Assembly (NCBI RefSeq): GCF_000012545.1 | Contig: NC_007681.1 | Location: 30,001-62,000, forward strand | Source: Methanosphaera stadtmanae DSM 3091 | GTDB lineage: Archaea; Methanobacteriota; Methanobacteria; Methanobacteriales; Methanobacteriaceae | Direction: 5' to 3' | DNA length: 32,000 bases | In this document: positions 9,958 through 19,079 of the stretch, piece after piece | How positions within the stretch are numbered: the stretch's first letter is position 1 | Layout: every line of letters starts with the position of its first letter | Notes under the pieces: generated by a model | Told to the model about the DNA's origin: nothing | Database searches by the model: none | Seen by the model: only the letters and a program-made list of their open reading frames with translations | Position numbers and translations under genes: made by a program

Positions 9958-11124
9958 TTATGGTAAAATTTCATCAATAACTTCTACTACTTCATCTAAT
10001 TCTTCTTTTGTAATTACAAGAGGTGGTACAAATCTAATTACATTACCATTTGCAACGTTTATAAGAACTCCTTTTTCTTGTGCTTTTTCAACTAGATTAC
10101 CACAATCATAGTTAAGTTCTACACCTACCATTAATCCATGTCCACGTACATCAACAATACAGTCATGTTTTTCTTTAAGATTAGCTAGTTTTTCCATGAA
10201 GTATTCACCATTTTCTTTGGATTTATTAACTAGATCTTCTTCTTCATAAATATCAAGAACACATGATGCAACTGCAGTTACTAGGGCTGTTCCACCAAAG
10301 GTGGATGCATGGTCTCCTGGATTAAATCCACTTGCTACTTTAGCACTACTTAATACAACACCCATTGGTAGTCCTCCAGCTATAGCTTTTGCACATGTTG
10401 TAATATCTGGAACTGTGTTTGTTAGTTCTGAAGCAAAGAATTTACCTGTACGTCCAAATCCTGTTTGTACTTCATCAAATATTAAGAGAATTCCATTTTC
10501 ATCACAGATTTTTCTAAGTTGTGGTAGGTAATCATCATCAGGTACACGTACACCACTTTCTCCTTGTATTGGTTCTACAAGTATTGCTGCAGTATTTTCT
10601 GTTATTGCATCTTTTACTTGGTCAATATCGTTGTAGTCTACATGAATAAATCCTTGTGGTAATGGATCTAATCCTTTCTGGTATTTTGGTTGTCCTGTTG
10701 CTGTTATTGTAGCAAGTGTTCTTCCATGGAATGAATTTTTCATTGCAATAATTTCACTTTTTCCAGTGTATTTTCTTGCAAGTTTTATAGCACCTTCATT
10801 TGCTTCTGCTCCACTGTTTGCAAAGAATACTTTTTCATGTGGAGAGAGTTCAACAAGTCTTTTTGCATATTCTGCTTGTTCTTCTGTGTAGTATAGGTTT
10901 GATACGTGTATGAGTTTTTTTGCTTGTTGTGTGAGTGTTTGGGCTATTTTTTCATGTGTATGTCCAATACTATTTACTGCTATTCCCGCTACACAGTCAA
11001 TGTATTTATTTCCTTCTTTATCATACACAATACTTCCATGTCCATGATCTAGTACAAGATCATATCTTCCATATGTATGCATTACATATTTATCTAATGT
11101 TTCTTTTACTTGGTTGGTGTTCAT
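9958..11124 (-). CDS. argD: Acetylornithine aminotransferase (class-III PLP aminotransferase)
   Basis: 388-aa ORF with NSGAEANE, DEVQTGFGRTG, T.AKA.AGG.P (PLP Lys) and STFGG motifs. AGGAG SD upstream. Assignment to ArgD rather than another class-III transaminase is by overall resemblance only. Confidence 0.8.
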   Translation of the reverse strand: MNTNQVKETLDKYVMHTYGRYDLVLDHGHGSIVYDKEGNKYIDCVAGIAVNSIGHTHEKIAQTLTQQAKKLIHVSNLYYTEEQAEYAKRLVELSPHEKVFFANSGAEANEGAIKLARKYTGKSEIIAMKNSFHGRTLATITATGQPKYQKGLDPLPQGFIHVDYNDIDQVKDAITENTAAILVEPIQGESGVRVPDDDYLPQLRKICDENGILLIFDEVQTGFGRTGKFFASELTNTVPDITTCAKAIAGGLPMGVVLSSAKVASGFNPGDHASTFGGTALVTAVASCVLDIYEEEDLVNKSKENGEYFMEKLANLKEKHDCIVDVRGHGLMVGVELNYDCGNLVEKAQEKGVLINVANGNVIRFVPPLVITKEELDEVVEVIDEILP

Positions 11125-11542
11125 TTTAATACTCCTTAATTATTATAGTATTGATGAAATAAGTTACTATAATTATACTATATATTAGTATGTTTAAGTT
11201 TAAGTTTAAAGTTTACTACTAGTAGTTATGATGTTAATATTAAATACAGGAATGGTGTTTTAGAATCTTACTCAACATACTTTTTTTTTAAAATTTCATT
11301 TTGATTTTCTATAATTTAAAAGATGGTCCATGTCATGGATATATTTCCATAAAATCCCTTATCAGATTTATTTTAGTTTCATCTCTATTTTTTTAAATCC
11401 TTCTATAAAAATTATATATATTTTATATGTGTATAATAGTAGTATAAAATGAATATAATCTTTAAATAAAGTTTACTTTAGTTTTTTTAAGTAAATTAAG
11501 GTTTTATTATTTTTTATTAAACAGATAAGGATAGAAAATATT

Positions 11543-12238
11543 ATGGAAATTGGAAAATTATATGGTTTAGGGGTAGGACCAGGAGACCCTGAACTTGTAA
11601 CATTAAAAGCAGCAAGAATTATTAAAGAAACAGATATTATATTTGCTCCACAATCACGTAATGGTAAACCAAGTGTAGCATTAAATATAGTTCAAAATAT
11701 AATTGATGAAAGAGAAGAAGAATGTGAAATATTACAACCATTATTCCCTATGACTGAAGATAAAGATGAATTAGCAAAATCATGGGATGATGCTGCAGAA
11801 ATGTTATTTGAAAAACTGTCTAATGGTTTAAATGCAGTATTTGTGACTTTAGGTGATCCTACAGTATTTAGTACATTTTCTTATGTTTCTAAAAGATTAC
11901 AAAAAAAGGGTGTTGAAGTAGAATTAGTTCCAGGTATAACATCATTCACTGCATGTTCCACAACAGCAGGAATTCAATTAACAGAACAAGATGATATTAT
12001 GGTAGTAGTACCACAAGTAGATGAAAGATTACCTAAATTATTACCATATGTTGATACGTTAGTTGCAATGAAAACTTCAAGACATTTAGATGTATTAGAA
12101 GATTGTATAAATAAAGATCCAAGAGAAAAAGAAATAGTATCTGTTCAAAACTGTACAATGGAAGATGAAAATGTTGTACACGGATTTGTAGATAATAAAA
12201 AGTATTTTTCAACTAGTATAATTAAGTTTAAAAAATAA
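11543..12238 (+). CDS. cbiL: Cobalt-factor II / precorrin-2 C20-methyltransferase
   Basis: 231-aa ORF. GKLYGLGVGPGDPELVTLKA followed by D.IFAP....GK.S.AL.IV matches the CbiL/CobI subgroup of tetrapyrrole methylases. Confidence 0.78.
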   Translation: MEIGKLYGLGVGPGDPELVTLKAARIIKETDIIFAPQSRNGKPSVALNIVQNIIDEREEECEILQPLFPMTEDKDELAKSWDDAAEMLFEKLSNGLNAVFVTLGDPTVFSTFSYVSKRLQKKGVEVELVPGITSFTACSTTAGIQLTEQDDIMVVVPQVDERLPKLLPYVDTLVAMKTSRHLDVLEDCINKDPREKEIVSVQNCTMEDENVVHGFVDNKKYFSTSIIKFKK

Positions 12239-12249
12239 TCTTCTTTTTT

Positions 12250-13347
12250 TTAAAACTTTTTAACTAGTTTATCACATAAATCATTCCAATTGAAGTTATC
12301 ATATACTATTTTTTGAATCTCAGAGGGATTTCTTTTAAGTTTATTCCAATTATTAATTGTATATTCAAGAGTTTCCTTTAAATCATTAGTGTCATGATTA
12401 ATTATTTTACCATAACTTGTTTTATTTATTATATCAGGAGATCCTCCAACATTTGTGGAGATAATATAATTTCCATGATATGCAGCCTCAAGTGTTGATA
12501 TTCCAAAGCTTTCTTTTTTCGATGTGCAACAATATATACTTGATTTAGCATATTCTTGTGAGAGAAGATTTTTATCAGAAATATATCCTTTTAATATGAT
12601 TTTATCTTTAAGTTCAGGTTTATTTTCAAATAAATTATTTATAAATTCTTTCATATCATCCATTACTCTACCAATAAGAACTAATCTCCATTCTTCTAAA
12701 TTAATAGTAGTAATAACTTGAAGAAGCATATCTATTGACTTATTTTTTTTCTCAATATATCCAACATAGAGTATTATTTTTTCTTTATTGTTAATGTTAG
12801 TATTATTTTTCATGATACCATTGGGAAGATATAGTAACTTCTTAGGACTTATTATGTTACTTGTTTTTAGTGTATTGTAGTTTCGTCTTGTTTCAATACT
12901 AATAACATTTATGAATTTAAATAGGATTTTTACAAGAAATCTTCTTATCATTGGAAGTATACCTTTTTTTTTAACTAAAAAATCAATGTAATCATTGTTA
13001 GCATCTAATTTAAGATATATTTTTCCATGGGGATTGTATAATTTATATATTAGAACATACCATGGAAGAACATTGTATCGTAGATGATAGAATTGTATTA
13101 TATCGATATTTTTAGCATTTTTCTTAATATACTCCATTACATCTTTTTTTTCATTCTTTGTATTATTTAGATAATTGATTTTTAAGTTATTATTTTTAAG
13201 TATTGTGTCGATGTAGGTGTAATTATCATTGTTGTAGGTGGTTATAGTACAATTATAATACTTAGCTAGGATATAGGGAATCATTCCCACATCCTTTGTA
13301 AGTATGTAATTGTATAATCCTGGAAATATACAGTTATACTTCTTCAA
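12250..13347 (-). CDS. Glycosyltransferase, GT4 type (Pfam Glycos_transf_1)
   Basis: C-terminal E-x7-E region ESFGISTLEAAYHGNYIISTNVGG. TTG start preceded by AGGAG at 7-nt spacing. Likely co-transcribed with the 112-aa ORF 11 nt upstream. Confidence 0.8.
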   Translation of the reverse strand: MKKYNCIFPGLYNYILTKDVGMIPYILAKYYNCTITTYNNDNYTYIDTILKNNNLKINYLNNTKNEKKDVMEYIKKNAKNIDIIQFYHLRYNVLPWYVLIYKLYNPHGKIYLKLDANNDYIDFLVKKKGILPMIRRFLVKILFKFINVISIETRRNYNTLKTSNIISPKKLLYLPNGIMKNNTNINNKEKIILYVGYIEKKNKSIDMLLQVITTINLEEWRLVLIGRVMDDMKEFINNLFENKPELKDKIILKGYISDKNLLSQEYAKSSIYCCTSKKESFGISTLEAAYHGNYIISTNVGGSPDIINKTSYGKIINHDTNDLKETLEYTINNWNKLKRNPSEIQKIVYDNFNWNDLCDKLVKKF

Positions 13348-13358
13348 TTTAATTCTCC

Positions 13359-13697
13359 TTAATTTTTAAAACAATATATTTCTACTTGTTTTCGTATTGT
13401 ATGTGTTAATTCTTTTTCATCAGCTTGAATAGGCATTCTAAGTTCATCAAGAAGTTCAAAGTCTGTATCAATTATTTCTTCAACTCTATATATAAACCAA
13501 CTTGTTGATTCGTCTTTTTCTTTTCTATTGAATAATGGATAATCAAATTCTTCTTTATTAAAACCATTTTTTCCACTATATTCTATTGTCATCTCATCAT
13601 CATTATGTAAAATAATTTCTACTTCTTTAATTCCCTTATTTTCCTTTAAATCTATAAATCGATAACGATATGTTTCATAATTTATCATTGTAAACAC
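13359..13697 (-). CDS. Hypothetical acidic protein (109-112 aa), first gene of a two-gene unit with the GT4 gene
   Basis: Open frame with coding-like composition, tightly packed in front of the GT gene. Start is GTG 13697 or ATG 13688. I recognise no motif. Confidence 0.5.
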   Translation of the reverse strand: MFTMINYETYRYRFIDLKENKGIKEVEIILHNDDEMTIEYSGKNGFNKEEFDYPLFNRKEKDESTSWFIYRVEEIIDTDFELLDELRMPIQADEKELTHTIRKQVEIYCFKN

Positions 13698-13776
13698 TTG
13701 TATATTTTAATAATTGTTATTATATTATAAATGATATATAAGTATAGTAAATAAGAAAGTTTTTAGGTTGGATAAT

Positions 13777-14013
13777 ATGAAAGATAGTTTAAGTATAGAT
13801 GATATAGACTTTGAAAAAGTAATAGATATGGGAAAATTTTCTTTATTTTTTTTAAGTGGAGTTGCTGTAGGTTATGGTATTAAAAAAATAGTTGATTCAG
13901 AAGAATTTGAATCTTTAAAAAGTACAATTCTAGATTCTATTGGTAACTCTGAAGATGAGGAAGTTCATCAAATTCCTATTAGTGATGTTGATGAAAGTTC
14001 TGAAGATGAATAG
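13777..14013 (+). CDS. Small single-pass membrane protein with acidic C-terminal tail (78 aa)
   Basis: ATG 13777 is preceded by AGGT at 8-nt spacing; the track's TTG 13768 overlaps that SD. One hydrophobic segment (FSLFFLSGVAVGYGI) is followed by a D/E/S-rich tail. Confidence 0.5.
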   Translation: MKDSLSIDDIDFEKVIDMGKFSLFFLSGVAVGYGIKKIVDSEEFESLKSTILDSIGNSEDEEVHQIPISDVDESSEDE

Positions 14014-14052
14014 ATAATATTTTTTATTTAACTTTTTTTTGGGGGATTATTT

Positions 14053-14988
14053 ATTTACAAAGATAAAGTATCAATAATATTATTAAATTGGAATGGACAT
14101 GAAGATACTGTGGAATGTTTGGAATCATTAAAACATGTTAATTATGATTTTTATGATATATATCTTGTAGATAATGATTCAAAAAAAGAATCTGTTGATT
14201 ATATTCTTAATTATTTAGAAAATGATTCTTATTATTCACATAGTCTTGTTTTAAAAAATCAACTATATAATTATGTAAAATCAGATGATGTTGATATTTT
14301 ATTTATAATTAATGATGAAAATTCAGGATTTGCTGGTGGAAATAATGTTGCCCTAAACTATATTTTAAAAACTAAACTAACAGATTATGTTCTACTATTA
14401 AATAATGATACTATTGTATCACCTGATTTTATAGATGGATTGATTAGTAAGTTTAATGAATCAGATGACACTGGATTTGTTGGAATAAAACATTATTATT
14501 ATCATGAAAGAAATAAGTTACAAACTGTTGGTGGAGGTATTGTTGATTTAGTTCATGGTGAGGCTATGGCTGTTTTTGATGATACTAGGGATTCATTTGA
14601 TTTTATTACAGGTTCGTGTATATTCACATCAGTTGATGTTTTAGATGAAGTTGGTACTATGAATGAGGATTTTTTCATGTACTGGGAGGATGTTGACTGG
14701 TCTAGTTGTGTTTGTGAACATGGTTATAAATTAAGAATTTCTAATAGGGGATGTATATATCATAAAGAAGGAGCTTCAATAAAATCATTATCTAGATTAT
14801 ATTACCACATGCGTAATAGAATATTCTATATGAAACGTCATACTAGTGGTTTAATCTATTATAAATTCATTATTTACATTGTATTGTTTGCACTTAAAGA
14901 ATTCTTTATGAATATTTATAAAAATCCCAAATATTCTAAAGTTATTATAAATGGATTAAAAGATGGATTACTAAAACAAAATAAGTAA
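14053..14988 (+). CDS. Glycosyltransferase family 2 (GT-A fold; paralogue of the gene at 19072), probably initiated at ATT 14053
   Basis: GT2 motifs VDN.S, ENSGFAGGNN and LLLNNDTIV. The track start (GTG 14110) removes the conserved first beta-strand KVSIILLNWNG. That strand is encoded in frame at 14065-14097 and is 29/29 nt identical to the paralogue (14068-14096 vs 19096-19124). There is no in-frame ATG/GTG/TTG between the stop at 14029 and 14110. G5 SD (14041-14045) + 7 nt + ATT 14053. Confidence 0.75.
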   Translation: MYKDKVSIILLNWNGHEDTVECLESLKHVNYDFYDIYLVDNDSKKESVDYILNYLENDSYYSHSLVLKNQLYNYVKSDDVDILFIINDENSGFAGGNNVALNYILKTKLTDYVLLLNNDTIVSPDFIDGLISKFNESDDTGFVGIKHYYYHERNKLQTVGGGIVDLVHGEAMAVFDDTRDSFDFITGSCIFTSVDVLDEVGTMNEDFFMYWEDVDWSSCVCEHGYKLRISNRGCIYHKEGASIKSLSRLYYHMRNRIFYMKRHTSGLIYYKFIIYIVLFALKEFFMNIYKNPKYSKVIINGLKDGLLKQNK

Positions 14989-15194
14989 TTTAAATCTAGA
15001 TAATAACACTCTCTTTTTACAAATCTTTTTTTAAATATATTAATAAAACTTGAATTAGTCCTTATTTCTTTATCTAATCTAATATATAGTTTGAATAACA
15101 TAATAATAATAACAGAAAATCTGTTTAATATAATAAAAAAGAATTCATATTAATATAATATTCACATTTAATAAAGAATTTGGAGGAAAACCTT

Positions 15195-17630
15195 ATTAAA
15201 ATTAAAAAGATAAGCATGATTTTATTACTACTTGTCTGTTTATTTATGTTAGTATCAACTGTCTGTGCATCAGAGACCAACACTACAGATAATACAAACA
15301 TACAAATAACAACAGAGGGTGCTGGCACAAATCATGTATTAGAGACAAAATCTCTAAAAAAATCTTCAGTAAATATGAATAAAGAAGTGTCTTTAAAAAA
15401 TAACACTATAACAAAACCTATTACAAAAAGTATAAAACAAGAAACTTCTACTAAAACAAATATAACAAAAACAACACCTAAAACTACTGTAAAAAATAAC
15501 ACTGTAACAAAAACTACTACAAAACAAGCCACTATTAAACCAAATAGAACTATATATATAAGTAATTCTGGTTCAGATAAAAATAATGGTTCACAAAAAG
15601 CTCCATTTAGAACATTAAACTATGCATGTGACTATGCAATGACTCATTCTGATGTTAATTCAATATACATATATAATGGACAGTACAGAGTTAATCAAAC
15701 AATATCAATTACGAAAAATATTAATATTACAGGACAAAGCAAACCAAATACTCTTATAAAACTAGAAAATGCACGTTTATTTGAATTAAATAAAACAAAA
15801 ATAACTTTTAATATCAGTAAATTAACAGTAAAAAATGGTAATACTACCACATATGGTGCAGTAATTAAGATTAATTCACCATCAACAACATTGTATGTAA
15901 ATAACATATCTTGTATGAATAATAAGGGAAGTCAAGGTGGTGCAATAGGAGTATTGTCTAGTAATAACAGAGTTTATATTAAAGATTCAACATTTAAAAA
16001 TAATATAGCAACTGTACGTGGAGGAGCACTATGTTTTTCTGATAGAAGTAATGTGGTAGATATAATAAACTGTTTATTTGTAAATAATACAGTTCAAACA
16101 GAACACTCCATGTCTGATACCTTAGGTACAGGTGGTGCAATATATTCTGGAGGAAATACTAGTTTAGTTGTAAGTAACTCTTCATTTGGACAAAATACTG
16201 CAGGTTGTGCAGGAGCAATATACAATGCAAATAATGGGACCTTGATTATAAATTCATCATCATTCACATCTAATAGAGCAGAATATGAATCAAAATTAGG
16301 ATATGGTGGAGCAATAATGATTGGTAATGGATTTTTAACAGTTAAAAAATCCACATTCAGATATAACTATGCTCTAAATGGTGGTGCTATTAGTATAAAC
16401 AGTGGAACTAACGCATCAATATTCTCAACCCTCTTTTATAATAATCATGCTAGAGAAACAGGTGGAGCAATATCATGTTTTGCAGATTTATTAATTGACA
16501 ACACAACATTCACATCAAATAAAGCAGATAAATATGGTGGAGCATTCTATAACATAGGTGCAAGTGATATAATCTCAATAAACAACACAATATTCACTTC
16601 AAATAAAGCAACAAATAATAAAATTATAACATATGGTGGAGCAATCTGTGGAAGAGGATTCATGTCAGTATATAACATAACAAATTCAAGATTTAACAAC
16701 AACTTGGCAAGTTATGGTGGAGCTATAAGTTCAGAATCAACATATCTAACTTGGACTCTTAAAAATACTCAATTTAACAACAACGTTGCAAAGTACGCAA
16801 GTTCAAGAGGTGGAGCATTCTACATGGAATCAATTAGAAGTCAAGCATATATTGAAGCATGTTCCTTTAAAAATAACACTCTCGCTGGTGGTGGTAAATC
16901 ATATGGTGGTGCTATATCAATATTTGGAAAAGAAAATATCATCTCTGTTAGAAGCACATATTGTAATGGAAATCTTGCACAATATGGTGGAGCATTATAT
17001 AATCATATGGATAATTACCTTGTTGTAGCAAACTCAGAATTTATTAAGAATAAAGCTCCTGGAAAATGGGGTCGTGGAGGAGCAATATTTGCTAATGATG
17101 ATCTTAGAATCTTAGACTCTGTATTTTTAGATAATACTGCAGGATTTGCTGGAGGAGCAATATTTGTAAATAAAACCTGTCAAATAGTAGGTTCTTCATT
17201 ATATAATAATAAAGCAGGAAATAACAATGGAAATAACATGTATTCAACTACGCAAGTTAAAGGAGAATATAATTGGTGGGGTTATAATAACATAAGTATG
17301 ATTAAGAAAAATAATTATAATGTTAATGATGACTGTCCAATAGTATTTAGTGGGCATATTTATAACTGTAGATATAATCCAATATCAAATGTTACAATTT
17401 ACACAGTATATGCAGATACATACTTCTATAATGATAATGGTACACTACGTAGTACAACTCATGTAATACCTCCAAGAAACATCACAATCTTCAATAATAA
17501 AACACCACAAACAAAAACAGTAGAACTAAATTATAAGGGATATTATCAGTATATAATTCCTGGAAAAGTATACACAACTATTAATGTAAGATTAGATGGT
17601 ACAACATTGAAACTTATATATATAGCATAA
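15195..17630 (+). CDS. Secreted adhesin-like protein: signal peptide, Thr/Lys-rich linker, right-handed beta-helix built of Pmp-type (GGA[ILF]/FxxN) repeats
   Basis: Signal peptide (K)IKKISMILLLLVCLFMLVSTVCA|SE. T/K-rich linker. A YISNSGSD.NNGS...PF.T motif typical of the beta-helix N-cap. 14 GGA(I/L/F) motifs plus one AGAI, alternating with FxxN. Start options are TTG 15180 (overlaps the SD), ATT 15195 (GGAGG + 8 nt) and ATG 15216. Confidence 0.8.
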   Translation: MKIKKISMILLLLVCLFMLVSTVCASETNTTDNTNIQITTEGAGTNHVLETKSLKKSSVNMNKEVSLKNNTITKPITKSIKQETSTKTNITKTTPKTTVKNNTVTKTTTKQATIKPNRTIYISNSGSDKNNGSQKAPFRTLNYACDYAMTHSDVNSIYIYNGQYRVNQTISITKNINITGQSKPNTLIKLENARLFELNKTKITFNISKLTVKNGNTTTYGAVIKINSPSTTLYVNNISCMNNKGSQGGAIGVLSSNNRVYIKDSTFKNNIATVRGGALCFSDRSNVVDIINCLFVNNTVQTEHSMSDTLGTGGAIYSGGNTSLVVSNSSFGQNTAGCAGAIYNANNGTLIINSSSFTSNRAEYESKLGYGGAIMIGNGFLTVKKSTFRYNYALNGGAISINSGTNASIFSTLFYNNHARETGGAISCFADLLIDNTTFTSNKADKYGGAFYNIGASDIISINNTIFTSNKATNNKIITYGGAICGRGFMSVYNITNSRFNNNLASYGGAISSESTYLTWTLKNTQFNNNVAKYASSRGGAFYMESIRSQAYIEACSFKNNTLAGGGKSYGGAISIFGKENIISVRSTYCNGNLAQYGGALYNHMDNYLVVANSEFIKNKAPGKWGRGGAIFANDDLRILDSVFLDNTAGFAGGAIFVNKTCQIVGSSLYNNKAGNNNGNNMYSTTQVKGEYNWWGYNNISMIKKNNYNVNDDCPIVFSGHIYNCRYNPISNVTIYTVYADTYFYNDNGTLRSTTHVIPPRNITIFNNKTPQTKTVELNYKGYYQYIIPGKVYTTINVRLDGTTLKLIYIA

Positions 17631-17796
17631 CTAAGATGTAAGATTTAAAGATCCTTTCATTTTACTTTTTTTTAAATTTTCATTTTTTATAAAAGACCTA
17701 TTTTTTCTATAAAATATCTATATAATTTTTTTATTTAACTACATCTAGTTAATTTAAATAATATATAAAAAAACAAATATAAATATTAATTAGTAA

Positions 17797-17817
17797 TTTT
17801 TTTAGAAGATTAATGAT
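17797..17817 (+). promoter_or_regulatory. Shared upstream motif TTTTTAGAAGA(A)TTAAT, copy 1, upstream of the GT4-GT2 pair
   Basis: TTTTTTTAGAAGATTAATGAT at 17797-17817 matches 20165-20185 in 16 positions with one 1-nt gap. It is likely a BRE/TATA-type promoter element. Confidence 0.3.
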
Positions 17818-17837
17818 AGGGAATAAAAGGGGATAAA

Positions 17838-19079
17838 ATGACTAAACAATTAAAGATAGCAGTTTTTCATAACCTGCCTTCTGGAGGAGCTAAGAGATCA
17901 TTATATACATATATTGATTATTTAACAAAGCATGGACATATTGTAGATGTGTTCATACCAGAAACAGCTAATGAGGAATATTTACCATTAGAACCAATAG
18001 CTAATAATGTAATTAAATACGATGTAAAACCTAGTTTTTTCAGAGAGAAAATTTATTCAATATTCAGTTATGTGCCAGCTATTATTAAGAAAGTATCTCT
18101 AAACAACGTTTTCAATACTGAAAAAAAAATAGCTGTAGATTTAAATTCATCAGATTATGATATAATCTACTGTGAACAGGATCAATTTACAATGACTCCC
18201 ATAATCTTTAAATATTTAACAAAACCTAATCTATACTACTGTCAACAGCCAATTAGAACTGATAAAATACTAAAAATAGTAAATAATCAAAAGAAAAAGT
18301 CAAGCATATTTAATAATAGATTAATTAAGCCATTTGCACAATATTTTGTTAATTATGTTGAAACAAGGGATTATGAAAGGGATCTTGAATTTGCACAGTA
18401 CTCAACAAATCTTCTTGCAAACTCATATTTTAGTCATGAAAATATTCTAAGACAATATGGTAAAAATGCATATGTGTCATATATTGGTGTGGATACTAGT
18501 ATGTTTAAACCATATAATCTTGAAAGAGAAAACTTCGTACTATCTGTTGGTACATGTATACCACCAAAGGGTTATGATTTTCTAATTAAAGCAATAGCAC
18601 ATATACCAGAAAATCAAAGACCTAAACTAGTTCTAGTAGGTAACAGTAGTGATGAAGGATGGGTAAACTATCTTAAAACATTAGCCAATAGGAAGAATGT
18701 AAAACTAGATATTCATTCAATGATTTCAGATGTTGAATTAATTAAACTATATAATACAGCTAAATTAGTTGTATATGCACCATACTTAGAACCTTTTGGA
18801 TATGTTCCATTAGAAGCAATGGCTTGTGGAACACCTGTTGTTGGAGTTAAAGAGGGAGGAGTTAAAGAAACAGTACAACATAATAAAACAGGACTTTTAA
18901 CTCAAAGAGATGAAAAATCATTTGCAAAGGCAATAATTACCCTATCAAATAACAAGGAACTATGGAATAAATTTTCATACAATGGAATTAAAACCATACA
19001 ATCCTATTGGACATTAGAACATGCAGGTAACAGATTATTAAATCATATATATAGAATTTTGGATAATCAAGATGATTAA
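17838..19079 (+). CDS. Glycosyltransferase, GT4 type
   Basis: 413-aa ORF with EPFGYVPLEAMACGTPVVGVKEGGVKE (E-x7-E region). AGGGGA SD upstream. Confidence 0.85.
   Translation: MTKQLKIAVFHNLPSGGAKRSLYTYIDYLTKHGHIVDVFIPETANEEYLPLEPIANNVIKYDVKPSFFREKIYSIFSYVPAIIKKVSLNNVFNTEKKIAVDLNSSDYDIIYCEQDQFTMTPIIFKYLTKPNLYYCQQPIRTDKILKIVNNQKKKSSIFNNRLIKPFAQYFVNYVETRDYERDLEFAQYSTNLLANSYFSHENILRQYGKNAYVSYIGVDTSMFKPYNLERENFVLSVGTCIPPKGYDFLIKAIAHIPENQRPKLVLVGNSSDEGWVNYLKTLANRKNVKLDIHSMISDVELIKLYNTAKLVVYAPYLEPFGYVPLEAMACGTPVVGVKEGGVKETVQHNKTGLLTQRDEKSFAKAIITLSNNKELWNKFSYNGIKTIQSYWTLEHAGNRLLNHIYRILDNQDD

Noticed and set aside
11125-11542. Possible cobalamin riboswitch upstream of cbiL
   Set aside because: I could not find a B12-box-like conserved core or the G+C-rich helices such a riboswitch needs. 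The region is almost pure A/T, and such riboswitches are not expected in methanogenic archaea.
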